NCBI GenBank assembly: GCA_951406725.2
Contig: OX597816.1
Coordinates: 17,298,001 to 17,362,000 of the forward strand
Reading direction: 5' to 3'
Length of the DNA: 64,000 nucleotides
Source of the DNA: Octopus vulgaris
Taxonomy: Eukaryota
The position numbers and the translations under genes are program-made. How positions within the stretch are numbered: the stretch's first letter is position 1; each line of letters begins with the position of its first letter. This document shows positions 11,696 to 24,889 of the stretch, in pieces. The notes beneath the pieces were generated by a model. The model was not told the DNA's origin, ran no database searches, and worked only from the letters and a program-made list of their open reading frames with translations.

Positions 11696-12655
11696 TCTTT
11701 ACTTCCCACAAGGGGCTAAACACAGAGGGGACAAACAAGGACAGACACACGGATTAAGTCGATTACATCGACCCCAGTGCGTAACTGGTACTTAATTTAT
11801 CAACCCCAAAAGGATGAAAGGCAAAGTCGACCTCGGTGGAATTTGAACTCAGAACATAACGGCAGACGAAATACCTATTTCTTTACTACCCACAAGGGGC
11901 TACACACAGAGAGGACAAACAAAGACAGACAAACGGATTAAGTCGATTACATCGACCCCAGTGTGTAACTGGTACTTAATTTATCAACCCAAAGGATGAA
12001 GGCAAAGTCGACCTCGGTGGAATTTGAACTCAGAACATAACGGCAGACGAAATACCTATTTCTTTACTACTCACAAGGGGCTAAACACAGAGGGGACAAA
12101 CAAGGACAGACAAACAGATTAAGTCAATTACATCAACCCCAGTGCGTAACTGGTACTTAATTTATCGACCTGAAAGGATGAAAGGCAAAGTCGACCTCGG
12201 TGGAATTTGAACTCAGAATGTAACGGCAGATGAAATACCTATTTCTTTACTACCCACAAGGGGCTAAACACAGAGAGGACAAACAAGGACAGACACATGG
12301 ATTAAGTTGATTACATCGACCTCAGTGCATAACTGGTACTTATTTAATCAACCCCGAAAGGATGAAAAACAAATTCGACCTCGGCGGAATTTGAACTCAG
12401 AACGTAACGGCAGACGAAATACCTATTTCTTTACTACCCACAAGGGGCTAAACACAGAGAGGAGAAACAAGGATAGACAAACGGATCAAGTCGATTATAT
12501 CGACCCCAGTGTGTAACTGGTACTTATTTAATTGACACTGAAAAGATGAAAGGCAAAGTCGACCTTGGCGGAATTTGAACTCAGAACGTAGCGACAGACG
12601 AAATACTACTGAGCATTTCGCCCGGTGAGCTAACGTTTCTGCCAGCTCGCTGCCT
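11696..12655 (-). mobile_element. SINE family A pentamer (5 bodies, 1 head)
   Basis: Units start at about 11698, 11881, 12062, 12245 and 12429, joined by GAAATAC|CTATTTC. Head at 12605-12655. Short TSD TCTACT. Confidence 0.92.
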
Positions 12656-12720
12656 TCTACTCTAAAGATATATATATATATAAAATGTACGTATGCTGCT
12701 AAATATATATATGTATATAT

Positions 12721-12951
12721 ATTTCTTTACTACCCACAAGGGGCTAAACACAGAGGGGACAAACAAGGACAGACACATGGATTAAGTTGATTACATCGAC
12801 CCCAGTGCATAACTGGTACTTAATTTATTGACCCCAAAACGATGAAAGGCAAAGTCGACCTCTGTGGAATTTGATCTCAGAACGTAACGGCAGATGAAAT
12901 ACCGCTAAGCATTTCGCCCGGCGTGCTAATGATTCTGCCAGCTCACCGCCT
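12721..12951 (-). mobile_element. SINE family A monomer
   Basis: Full head plus body. Confidence 0.9.
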
Positions 12952-14084
12952 TATGATTGATGCATTGGTTCCTTCTACTGTAAGAACCAATAAGTCGCAT
13001 GTTCTTCCTCTCTTTCTTCCTTGACCATTCTCTGAGGCCTTCCAGAATCTCATTGGTGTTTCCCTTACTCCTTTGATTAAGTAATAAAAGACACTATATA
13101 TAAAAATCAAAAAGAAAAAAATAAAGAAAAAAGGCAAAAAAAAAGAAGAAAGTAAAGAAAAATGGAAAAAAATGCCTTATGATATTTCGTTGTACCCCTT
13201 TACATTCTGAATTAAAATTCCACCGAGACTAACTTTGTTTTTCATCCTTCAGGAAGAGTCAATAAAATAAGTACCATTCTAATAACGAGATCAATATAAT
13301 GAACTGTTTCTTCTCTTTAATATTTCTAGCCTTGTACATATGTTAGAAATCAATATTATATACACATTGATTGTAAGGTCTTCTTTTCCACTAGAAAGTA
13401 TTTTCTTTAAAGTAATTTTACTTTCAATCAAATCAGAGATATGAGAAGTAACTTTATGTTTAATTTACAGAATAGTTTTCATGTGAAAGATTTCATGGTA
13501 TAAAAATCTTAAATATGTCTGTTAAGCAAGATATTTCAGACATCTGATTGTTAGCTATACTTCTATATCCTTTTGCCAATCTACAATTTCTGCTTTGTTG
13601 AGTGAGTAAGCTTCAGGCATCACACAACTTTCTCTCTTTCTTGTTTTTTTTTTTTTTTCCACTAAGTATAGCAATATACAGATGCAGTTTGAGTTGTTGT
13701 CGATTGGCCCCCAGGTCAGAGCTGTCAGACCACACTTATGACCAAAGATGTTCAAGCTCTGAACGTACCATCTTCGTTTTCAAGACTAAGAGTGTCTAGG
13801 ACTACATAATTTAATGTGTCTTTTTTTTTTTTAAAAAAAAAAGATGATAGACTCCAACCAGAGGAAGATTTAACTGCTATTTCTTGCAGTTAGGAAGCCC
13901 TCATTGAAGTTCCTTTCCTGATTTACACCGACACAACTTACATATTTTATTGTTGTTTATCAGCATTATCATAATTTATGCAAAGGCTAAAACATTTCAG
14001 TTATGTTTGACTGTACTTACTCTTGTTTCTCTCACCTCCATGGAATATTGGGTGATGAGGACCTGCATCACCTTACTACCTGCA

Positions 14085-14427
14085 TCTCCTTACAGGCATT
14101 TGTGCTGGTTGCACGTGAAAAAACATTCGAGCAAGGTCATTACCAGTGTCGCTGGACTGGCTCCTGTGCAGGTGGCACATAAAAAGCACCATTTGAGCAT
14201 GGCCATTACTAGTACCATCTGACTGGCCCTCATGCCAGTGTCACGTAAAAGCACCCACTACACTCTCGGAGTGGTTGGCATTAGGAAGGGCATCCCACTG
14301 TAGAAACTCTGCCAGATCAGATTGGAGCCTGGTGCAGCCAACTGGTTTGCCAGTCCTCAATCAAATCGTCCAACCCATGCTAGCATGGAAAGTGGACGTT
14401 AAACGATGATGATGATGATGATGATGA
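14085..14427 (+). mobile_element. RTE 3' UTR with (GAT)n tail
   Basis: GGAAGGGCATCC...CCATGCTAGCATGGAAAGTGGACGTTAAACGATGATGAT. Confidence 0.85.
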
Positions 14428-14659
14428 GAGACCTTCACAAAGCATAGTCATAAGTCTTGTCATGAACCTTCTTCAAGTTCAGATCTATGCCACTCAAGTT
14501 CTCCTCTTCAATCCTCAATAAGGGCCTTCACAGGTTAACCACACCTTCTATGTCTCCCAGGTCATGTGTAGCCCATGGCCAAGCATCTCCTATTATCCTA
14601 TAGCAATGGTTTTCCATAGCTTACTTAAACCATTATTGAAATCATTATTATTGCTACTA

Positions 14660-14985
14660 AGACAGTGAGCTGGCAGAATTGTTAGCACACCGGGCGAAAT
14701 GCGTAGCCGTATTTCGTCTGCTCTTACGTTCTGAGTTCAAATTCCGCCGAGTCGACTTTGCCTTTCATCCTTTTGGGATCGATAAATTAAGTACCAGTTA
14801 CGCACTGGGGTCGATTTAATTGACTTAATGCGTTTGTCTGTCCTTGTTTGACCCTTCTATGTTTAGCCCCTTGTGGGCAATAAAGAAATAAGAATTGTTA
14901 GCACACTGGGAAAAATGCTTAGTAGCATTTCATCCGTCTTCAAGTTCTGAGTTCAAATACTATTAATGCCGACTTTGCCTTAACT
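14660..14985 (+). mobile_element. SINE family A copy followed by partial second copy
   Basis: Head plus body, then re-entry into the head (AGAATTGTTAGCACAC) at about 14891. Confidence 0.8.
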
Positions 14986-15164
14986 TCTTTTATAAAATAG
15001 CTGCAGCATAAAATTCTTAGTATGGTCCTAAGGCAACACCTATGGAAAACTCACTTCCAATGTATTCCATTAATATAAATAGATTTCCTTGATATAATTT
15101 CTGGACGTTGCATCATCTGCTTTTCATTTTGACCAGAATTTGTTATTAGGATAATGATTGTTAT

Positions 15165-15178
15165 TGTAGTAGTAGTGT

Positions 15179-15244
<66 letters not shown>

Positions 15245-15701
15245 TGGTGGTGGTGGTAGTAGTAGTAGTAGTGGTAGTAGTAGTAGTAGTAGTAGTAGTG
15301 GTAATATTAGTGGTGATGGTGGTTGTAGTAGTAGTAGTAGTAGCCATAGTCGTAGTAGTAGTAGTAGTAGTAGTGGTAGTGGTGGTAGTAATAGTAGTAG
15401 AAACAGCAGCTGTAGTGGTCACAGTGGAGGTGGTGTAAGTGCCTAGTAGTAGTAGTAGTAGTAGTAGTAGCAGACATTTTGTGAGCTCTAACCTTAATTA
15501 TTCATAGCAGCGAGAAGAAAACACTAGCAGCTGGTTATCGTTAATAATATTATGTTTATCATCCGTGGTAATTATTATGATTAACGGCATTATAGTAAAT
15601 GGTATAGTAATGGTGATTATCACAATATATATAATTATCATCATCAATATCATCATTGTCGTCGTTATGATCATCATGATGATGATCATCATCATCACCA
15701 C

Positions 15702-15737
<36 letters not shown>

Positions 15738-15774
15738 TGTCATCATTACCATCACCATCATCATCATCACCACC

Positions 15775-15808
<34 letters not shown>

Positions 15809-15812
15809 TCAT

Positions 15813-15845
<33 letters not shown>

Positions 15846-15890
15846 TATCATCGTCATCATCATCATCATCATCGTCATCATCATCATTAT
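15165..15890. repeat. (GTA/GTG/GCA)n and (CAT)n trinucleotide tracts
   Basis: Two long tracts at about 15165-15470 and 15640-15890. Confidence 0.95.
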
Positions 15891-16478
15891 TGTTGTCAAA
15901 CATCAGCTTTCTCATGCTTGGATGCATCAGGCATGATTTGTTGTGTCAGATTTTTCTACGGCTGGATGCCTTTCCTGACGTCAACACTCACCTGTTTCCA
16001 AGCAAGGTGTGATATTTTCCCCAAGGCTGGACGTGTGTTTCACAGATGACTGGCAATGACTGGCACCTCTTGCGTGACAGCTTGGTATAATGTCAGGACA
16101 AGGATACACACATGCGCACACACACATGGACACACGGACACACATGGACACACACGGACACACACACACACACACATGCATATTTAATTCTACTTTTTTC
16201 TTTTTAATTCTTTTATTCCTTTACATGTTTCAGTCATTTCACTGTGGCCATGCTGGAGCACAACCTTCAAGGGTTTTAGTCAAACAAATCGACCTCAGGA
16301 TTTCTTTTTTAAAGCCTGGTATGTATTCTCTTGCAAAGTCACAGGGATGTAAACACACCAACATCGGTTGTCAAGCAGTGATTGGGGATAAACACAGGCA
16401 CAAAGACACACACAAACACACACACATACTTACATATATACATACTTACATATATACATACTTACATACATACTTATT

Positions 16479-16510
<32 letters not shown>

Positions 16511-16559
16511 GCAAGTAAGTGACAAGGATGTCCAGGTATCAATGCATTATACAGCTGTT

Positions 16560-16810
16560 TCAAACAAGGACACACACACACATACAAGGACACACACACA
16601 CATACACAAGGACACACACACACAAGGACACAACACACAAGGACACACACACATACAAGAACACATACACACAAGGACACATGCACACACAAGGACACAC
16701 ACACACACAAGGACACACACACAAGGATACACACACACAAGGATACATGCACACAAGGACACACACACACACAAAGACACACCCACCCACACACCAAGAC
16801 AAAAACACAC
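16560..16810. repeat. Cryptic minisatellite (AAGG(AC)n) inside a SINE-B variant
   Basis: Recurrent CAAGGACACACACA units of variable length. SINE-B head on the minus strand at about 16850-17010. Confidence 0.8.
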
Positions 16811-17302
16811 ACATGCACACGTACAAACCCACAAATGTACACACATAGCAGGTTTCTTTCAGATTTCGTTGACCCAACCTACCCATGAGGCCCTCCTCAG
16901 CCCGGGGTTATAACAGAAAACACTTTCCCAAAATGTCACCCAATGGGACCGAACCTGAAACCATGTGGGTTAGGAAACAAATTCCTTAACCACACAGCAA
17001 TGCCTGCACCTTATTGCGAATATACATTAATCTAATATGTGAGCCTCATCTACGAAATCAAAATTGCAAAAGCAGATCCATTTTGTACAGTAATGTTGAT
17101 AATCACTGCACCATAGTAATTAAGGGTGATTACCACGATGTTATACTAATGATGATTATCAACATTATTTACTTTCCTTCTGGATAATGACAGTAATACA
17201 CTTTTGTGCTAGATAATGACACTATCATGTATATTGGGTTTTGTGTCATGCTGAGGTGGTTATCTTGAAATTGCTGTATTTTGGTATTTTTCCACAAATC
17301 TT

Positions 17303-17304
<2 letters not shown>

Positions 17305-17336
<32 letters not shown>

Positions 17337-17850
17337 CCATCATCACCATCATCATCATCATCATCATCATCGTTATTCTCGTCATCCTCATCATCCTCAT
17401 CATCCTCATTCTCATCATTGTCGTCATCACCATCACCATCATCACCATCATCATCATCATCATCATCATCATCGTCATTCTCGTCATCCTCATTCTCATC
17501 ATTGTCGTCATCACCATCATCATCAATATCTTCGTCGTCGTCATCATCATCGTCATCATCACCATCATCATCATCATTATCATCGTCATCATCGTCATCA
17601 TCATCATCATCCTCATCATCATCACTATCATCACCATCATCATCAATATCGTCGTCTTCGTCATCATCATCATCCTCATCATCGTTTAACATCCGTTTTC
17701 GATGCTACCATAGGTTGGACGGTTCGACCAGGGTCTGGGAAGCCAGGTGGCTGCACCAGGCTCCAGTCTGATTTTGCAGTGTTTCTACAGCTGGATGCCC
17801 TTCCAAACGCCAACCATTCTGTGAGTGCAGTGGGTGTTTTTCACATGTTT
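17305..17850 (-). mobile_element. RTE 3' end with ~380-bp degenerate (GAT)n tail
   Basis: (CAT)n at 17305-17683, then CGTTTAACATCCG...GGATGCCCTTCC. Confidence 0.8.
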
Positions 17851-17906
17851 CGGGTACCATTTAAGCTAAACTCTCAAGTACTGAGGGTGCTGCTGTGAAT
17901 GCAGAA

Positions 17907-18021
17907 GTCACCATCTCATCACGTAGCAAAAGGGATGTCACCATCTCATCAGGCAGGAAAAGGGATGTCACCATCTCATCAGGCAGGAAAAGGGATGTCA
18001 CCATCTCATCAGGCAGCAAAA
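17907..18021. repeat. 30-bp tandem repeat, ~3.8 copies
   Basis: GTCACCATCTCATCAGGCAGGAAAAGGGAT at 17907, 17937, 17967 and 17997. Confidence 0.95.
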
Positions 18022-18273
18022 CAACTCTGTAGGGATGTCATCCTCTTGCACTACAACATCAGAGCTACTACCCAATGATGTAGGGAACAAAATTCCTCCC
18101 CAATAACATAAGTTTTGTTGAGTCTGATGCTGTGACACTCATCTTGCAACCTCAATGTTTCTTCTTGCTGCACCACTCATCCTCTTTCTTGAACAATGTA
18201 ATGGCTTGCTTTTTTTTATTATTTTAAAAATTAATTGAAATGAAGGCAGTGTATTTCAACTGAAGTATACACA

Positions 18274-18690
18274 CAGGAGTGGCAGTGTGGTAAGTAGCTT
18301 GCTTACCAGCCACATTGTTCTGGGTTCAGTCCCACTGCATGGCACCTTGGGCAAGGGTTTTCTACTATAGCCTCGGGTCGACCAAAGCCTTGTGAGTCGA
18401 TTTGGTAAACAGAAACTGAAAGAAGCCCGTCGTATATATGTATATATATATATATCTGTGTGTATATGTTTGTGTGTCTGTGTTTGTCCCCACAACATCG
18501 CTTGACAACCAATGCTGGTGTGTTTACGTCCCAGTAACTTAGCAGTTTGGCAAAAGAGACTGATAGAATAAGTATACTAGGCTTACAAAGAATAAGTCCT
18601 GGAGTCGATTTGCTTGACTAAAGGTGATGCTCCAGCATGGCCACAGTCAAATGACTGAAACAAGTAAAAGAGTAAAAGAGTAAAAAGAGT
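18274..18690 (+). mobile_element. SINE family B full copy
   Basis: Head, internal AT/GT microsatellite, (AAAAGAGT)n tail. Confidence 0.9.
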
Positions 18691-19299
18691 AACAAAAGAA
18701 TTAATACAAACGTGAGTGTAACAGTATAAATGTAATTTAAACAACGACTGTGGCTCATTCAAAAGGCAATAGTTTCGTGTTTAACAGGCTATGTCAGATC
18801 AAGTCACTTGCAAAGCATGGACAACCGTAAAATAAATGGCTGTTTCTCTACCTTAAGTGAAGTCAATATGAGCAATATAGATGCTAAAGAGAGAAGTGCT
18901 TCTAAGTATATGAGAAATCAGAGAATAAAAACAGTGTAAATCGAAGAAATTGAACTAAGATAATTCAGTTTCCATGTTTACAACCTTGCTTCTGTTTACA
19001 GCTGGGAAATTACAAGATGAAATTTAGGAATGTGTCAGTATTTAAGTACATGGAAGATGGTAATGGAGAATCTAAGAAATGTAAAAATTTGTGGAGAATT
19101 CAAAGCAAGATTAAATGCTGTTGCCGTAAAAGAGAAAATATGATCTTGTTTTCATTGGGTATATTCTAAATAAATGAATGGTTTGATCACTATCAGGAAA
19201 TGTAAATAAATATATGTTTGTGCTGATAAAGGAGAGTTTATAAGGTTGCTCGATCTACTAGAAATAACAGCTAAATTTTCCTAAAGAATCACATTCTAC

Positions 19300-19712
19300 C
19301 GTTCTATATTTAAGAGATGAGGAATTATGTACATTATTTGCATTATTTACATTTGGTTGGCTGGCTTCCGTGCCGGTGGCACGTTAAAAGCTCCAACCGA
19401 TCGTGGCCGATGCCGAACCCCCTGGCACCTGTGCAGGTGGCACGTAAAAAGCACCCACTACACTTGCGGAGTGGTTGGCGTTAGGAAGGGCATCCAACTG
19501 TAGAAACTCTGCCAGATCAGACCGGAGCCTGGTACAGCCCCTGGCTTCCCAGACTCCGGTCGAACCGTCCAACCCGTGCTAGCATTGAAAGCAGACGTTA
19601 AACGATGATGATGATGATGATGAAGATGGATATTTGTCCTTGTTTGTTGTTAACAACAAACAAGATGAGGACAAATATCTGTCAAATGTAAATAATGTAA
19701 ATAATGTTCATA
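19300..19712. mobile_element. Inverted Penelope-like termini interrupted by an RTE 3' end (19355-19624)
   Basis: Same family as 20218-20400. Folds back on a perfect 26-bp palindrome CTTGTTTGTTGTT|AACAACAAACAAG at 19639-19664. Confidence 0.7.
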
Positions 19713-19900
19713 TTCTACCATTTGAAAATGAAAACTATAACATCCTCCTCATTATCATCATCATTACTTATCTGTTTTTTATGCTGGCATGGGTTAGATG
19801 GTTCAACAGGAGCTGAGAAGCCAGGGAACTGCACCAGGCAATAAATTGCTTATATTTCTAAAATACACAAAATATAAAAAAATTTTTTTATGCAGTTCTA

Positions 19901-20215
19901 TAGGCGGAGGAGTGGCTGTGTGATAATTAGCTTGCTTACGAACCACATGGTTCTGGGTTCAGTCCCACTGTGTGGCACTGTGGGCAAGTGTCTTGTACTA
20001 TAGCCTTGGGCCGACCAAGGCCTTGTGAGTGGGTTTGGTAGACAGAAACTCAAAGAAGCCCGTCATATATATATATATATATGTTTGTGTGTCTGTGTTT
20101 CTCCCCCCAACATCACTTGACAACTGATGCTGGTGTGTTTATGTCCCTGTAACTTAGCAGTTTAGTAAAACAGACCGATAGAATAAGTACTAGGCTTACA
20201 AAGAATATGTCCTGG
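19901..20215 (+). mobile_element. SINE family B, 3' truncated at a Penelope-like element
   Basis: Family B head and body that break off into the 20218 element. Confidence 0.85.
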
Positions 20216-20217
20216 AT

Positions 20218-20400
20218 CTATATTTAAGGGACGAGGAATTATGTACATTATTTACATTACTTACCTTATTTACATTTGACGGATATTTGTCCTCATCTTG
20301 TTTGTTGTTAACACAATATTTTGGCTGATGTACTCTCCAGCCTTCATCAGGTGTCTTGGGGAAATTTCAAACCTGGGTTCTCATTCCTAAGGTATTTTTC
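20218..20400 (-). mobile_element. Penelope-like terminus with degenerate minimal hammerhead
   Basis: Minus strand GACAC-CTGATGA-A-GGCTG-(10 nt)-CAGCC-AAAA-TA-TT-GTGTT. The GAAACG expected of the core can be restored by reversing CpG decay. Confidence 0.65.
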
Positions 20401-20423
20401 GTTATTATTATTATTATTATTAT

Positions 20424-20845
20424 TCTATGTTTGACTTTTGCTTTATGTCTGTACAAGTTGGCTCCAAGTCTCACCCAGAGACCTCAAGAGACAACAGGTT
20501 GGAAGTTCTGTGCCATACATTTGGGGGGTTTTTTTGGTTTTTTTTGGTGTTGTACTAGTGAATGTCTAATACATAAAAATAAAAAATAAATAAATAAATA
20601 AATAAAAATAAATAAAAAAAAGTTTGTTTTAAAACTTGGGATTACATAGAGAGTATTTTGCGTAGGATATGAGCAGTTCCCATGAGCACTATCTTTTGAA
20701 TTTCTGCCATTTTGGGGTTTCCTGGTATCTGAGTTAGGTAGCAATCAGTCCCTTTCGCTATCATTCCCAGGACACCTATGACAACAGGTATTGTTTTAGT
20801 CTTCAGCTTCCACATTTTGCTGATTTCTATTTCAAGATCTTTATA

Positions 20846-20850
<5 letters not shown>
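20424..20850 (-). mobile_element. R4/Dong-clade LINE 3' end in (TAA)n
   Basis: KYKDLEIEISKMWKLKTKTIPVVIGVLGMI...IQKIVLMGTAHILRKILSM* is the C-terminus of a restriction-like endonuclease domain. (TTA)n on both sides. Confidence 0.85.
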
Positions 20851-20887
<37 letters not shown>

Positions 20888-21009
20888 GAAAATTAAAAGA
20901 AGAGTTCCATTGTATTCTCCTTCATAATTTTTAGCTTTGCCCCTGAATAAGTTGCACAATCCACATTTTTCAGTTAAAATGAAGTATAGAATAGTACAAT
21001 TTACACACA

Positions 21010-21675
21010 AACAGGTGTGACTGCATGGCAAGAAAGTTGCTCCCCAACCACATAGTTTCAGGTTCAGTCCCACAGCGTGGCACCTTGGGTAAATGTCTTC
21101 AACAAAAGCCTTGAGCCAATCAAAGTTTTGTGAGTGATTTTGGTAGATGGAAACTGAAAGAAGCCTATCACGTTTTTTTTGTATGTATATGTGTTTGTAT
21201 GTGCACATGTGTGTGTTTGTGTCAATTTGTGTCTTTGTGTCTGTGTATGTTCCCCACCACTACTTGATAACCTGTGTTGGTATGTTTACATTCTCATAAC
21301 TTAGCAGTTCAGCAAAAGACACCAATAGAATAAGAATCAGGCTTAAAAAAAAGTATTGGGTTTGATTTGGTTGACTAAAATTCCTCAAGGTGGTACCCCA
21401 GCATGGCCACAGTCTAATGACTGAAACAAGTAAAAGAATAAAAGAAATTAAAGCAAATATTTTAGGTATGATTACTCTTTTACTTGTTTCAGTCATTTGA
21501 CTGCGGCCATGCTGGAGCACCACCTTGAGTCGAGCAAATCGACCCCGGGACTTATTCTTTGTAAGCCTAGTACTTATTTTATCGGTCTCTTTTGCCGAAC
21601 CACTAAGTGACGGGGACATAAACACACCAGCATCGGTTGTCAAGCAATGCTAGGGGGACAATCACAGACACACAA

Positions 21676-21748
<73 letters not shown>

Positions 21749-21918
21749 TATATATGACGGGCTTCTTTCAGTTTCTGTCTACCAAATCCAATCACAAGGC
21801 TTTGCTCGACCCGAGGCTATAGTAGAAGACACTTGCCCAAGATGTCACACAGTGGGACTGAACCCAGAACCATGTGGTTGGTAAGCAAGCTACTTACCAC
21901 ACAGCCACTCCTGCACCT
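21010..21918. mobile_element. Tail-to-tail inverted pair of SINE family B copies
   Basis: Plus copy at about 21010-21445 and minus copy at about 21474-21918. Confidence 0.85.
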
Positions 21919-22235
21919 ATGATTCAAAATATTTGGCTGCTATTTCTTGTAAGGTGGATAATGACATTACCTACTTTATGTAAAATAGAAATTAATGTAT
22001 ATTCTGATTTATGGTCGGCCCGAGGCTATAGTAGAAGACACTTGCCCAAGGTTCCACACAGTGGGACTGAACCCAGAACCATGTGGTTGGTAAGCAAGCT
22101 ACTTAACACACAGCCACTCCTGCACCTATGATTCAAAATATTTGGCTGCTATTTCTTGTAAGGTGGATAGAGGCTCTGCTAACGACATTACCTACTTTAT
22201 GTAAAACATAAATTACTGTATATTATGATTTATGA
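21811..22235. repeat. Local ~210-bp tandem duplication (SINE-B head + flank)
   Basis: CGAGGCTATAGTAGAAGAC...GATTCAAAATATTTGGCTGC...ACATTACCTACTTTATGTAAAA occurs from about 21812 and again from 22021. Confidence 0.85.
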
Positions 22236-22652
22236 TTGTGAATACAGATGCTACAAGTGGGTAATCAACAACACAAAGAGGGAGAAAATTAGGATTGATT
22301 CAAGAGAAATTTGGCTGCTATTTCTAGCAATCTAAGCTACCTTATAGTGGTTCCTATATTGACTTGTGTGGCTTATGTTATCTACTTTATATAAAATGTT
22401 AAATTAGTGTGTATTTTGATTGTTGATTGGAGATACGGATGTTGCAGGTTGACAATCAACCATATGGACGGATGATAAAGAAATCAATGAACTAAATAAG
22501 ATATGGCACAATCATATAAAGAGACAGATGAATAGCATTTGGAAGAAATATTATAGATATGCTAGATGCATTAGATAATTATTTAATAAATTTAAAAGCC
22601 AAAAGCATAAATTGACATGGTGCAATGCCCAAGCTGTGCTGTTCCTGTATTA

Positions 22653-22693
<41 letters not shown>

Positions 22694-22864
22694 CATGTGT
22701 GTGTAATATTTTCATATGGAAGTTTAAATAAACAAATATTTATAGAAGTGAAAATAAGGAAATCAATGACAATATCTAAAGTAATCCAGTATCAGAAAGT
22801 TACGGAAATATATGTTATGAATACTGTAAGATAAATGACTTCTGCAATTAGAAAGCTAGCATAT

Positions 22865-23495
22865 AGGCACTGTCGTGGCTGTGTGGTGAGAAGCTGGCTT
22901 TCCAACCACTTGGTTCCGGGTTCAGTCCTGCTGCATAGCACCTTGGGCAAAATATCTTGTACTAAAGCCCCGGATTGACCCACGCCTTGCAAGTGGACGT
23001 GGTTGATGGAAAATGAAAAGCCCCCTGTATACGTGTGTGTGTGTATCTGTTACCAATTTCTTTACTACCCACAAGGGGCTAAACACGGAGGAGACAAACA
23101 AGGATAGACAGATGGATGAAGTCGATTATATCGACCCCAGTACATAACTGGTACTTAATTTATTGACCTCTGAAAGAATGAAAGGCAAAGTTGACCTCGG
23201 CGGAATTTGAACTCAGAACGTAGCGGCAAACAAAATACGGCTACACATTTCGCCTGGCGTGCTAACATTTCTGCCAGCTTGCCACCGTTTAACAACTGGT
23301 GTTTGTGTGTTTACATCTCTGCATCATAGCGATCGATTCAGCAAAGGAGACAGATAAAATAAATACCAAACTTGAAAACAAAAAAACAAAAAATAAGTAC
23401 CAGGGTCAATTCATTCGACTCGAAGTTCTTCAAGGCATGGTGCCCCAGCATGGCCACAGCCTAAAGACTGAAACAAGTAAAAGATAAAAGACAAA
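22865..23495 (+). mobile_element. SINE family B interrupted by a SINE-A monomer (23057-23286, minus)
   Basis: The B head and B tail are separated by a complete inverse A copy next to the internal microsatellite. Confidence 0.8.
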
Positions 23496-23674
23496 GATAT
23501 AAAAGAGGATTTCCCATGATAGCTTGACTTGCTAGAAATAATTGTCAAACCTCCTTCAAAGTTCACCTTGCTGCAATGGCTTTAAAACAGTATTGTGTGA
23601 AAAGGGATATTTTGAAATAAGGATTTAGATAATCCATACTAATGCTGTAAAAAGTGTTATAATATTGCTATACA

Positions 23675-24160
23675 ATCCTTTCATCCTTTCGGGGTCGATA
23701 AATTAAGTACCAGTTGCATACTGTGGTCGATCTAATCAACTGGTCCCCTCTTCAAAAATTTCGGGCCTTGTGCCTAGTGTAGAAAACAAGACAGCAAGCT
23801 GGCAGAAACATTAGCATGCCAGGCGAAATGCTTAGCAGTATCTCATCTGTTTTTACGTTATGAGTTCAATTTTTGCCGAGGTCAACTTTGCCTTTTATCC
23901 TTTAAGGGTCGATAAATTAAGTACCAGTTGCATACTGGGGTCGATACAATTGACTGGACTCCTCCCCAAACATTTCGAGCCTTGTGCCTTTTGTAGAAAA
24001 CAAGGCAGCAAGCTGGCGAGTTCAAATTCTGCCGAGGTCGACTTTACCTTTCATCCTTTTGGGGGTCGATAAAACAAGTACCAGCTGCGTACTGGGGTTG
24101 ATCTAATTGACTGGCCCCCTACCCTCAAAATTTCAGGCCTTGTGTCTAGAGTAGAAAAGA
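23675..24160 (+). mobile_element. Head-to-tail run of SINE-A subfamily copies (GGCCTTGTGCC..AGAAAA tail)
   Basis: Three cores, each later unit restarting at AAG(A/G)CAGCAAGCTGGC. Further copies at 24348-24560 and 24633-24845. Confidence 0.8.
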
Positions 24161-24600
24161 ATATTGCCATGCAAACATGATTAATTAATAAATGAATGTT
24201 AACCACAATTTTCTGCATATTTTGCATATTTTTAAATTTAAAACATTTTAAAAAATATTATTATATGCAGTGTTCGTTATCTTTTGTCAATAAACACAGG
24301 CATTATTTATTTGATCTTCACTTTTATTTTATTATTAATTATTATTTAAGGCAGTGAACTGGCAGAATCGTTAGCACACCAGTCAAGATGCTTAATGGTG
24401 TTTCATCAGTCCTTACATTCTGTGTTCAAATTCCACTAAGGCCAACTTTGCCTTTCATCCTTTCAGAGGTTGATAAATTAAATACCAGTGAAACAGTGGG
24501 GGTCAATGTAATTGACTAGTCCCCTCCAACAAAATTTCAGGACTTGTGCCTATAGTAGAAAGGATTATCATTTTTATTATTATTATTATCATTATTATTA

Positions 24601-24634
<34 letters not shown>

Positions 24635-24889
24635 GGTGGTGAGCTGACAGAATCATTAGCATGCAGGGCAAAATGCTTAGTGGCATTTCGTTTGTCATTG
24701 CATTCTGAGTTCAAATTCCACCAAGGTCAACTTTGCCTTTCATCCTTTTGGGGGTCAATAAAATAAGTATGAATTGAGCACTGGGGTCAATGCAATCGAC
24801 TTACTCCCTTCCCTAAAACACCCGATCTTATGCCTATAGTAGAAAGTATTATTATTATTATTATTCATTAGTTTTATTTTTATTATTAT

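Noticed and set aside
11696-12655. CRISPR-like periodic array
   Set aside because: The units are entire ~184-bp SINE bodies with no unique spacers, there are no cas genes, and the context is eukaryotic.
15051-17898. Poly-T/V/I/D/H/S ORFs in the ORF track (also near 25000, 27000, 31500, 37000, 45000 and 61700)
   Set aside because: Translations of microsatellites, open in several frames.
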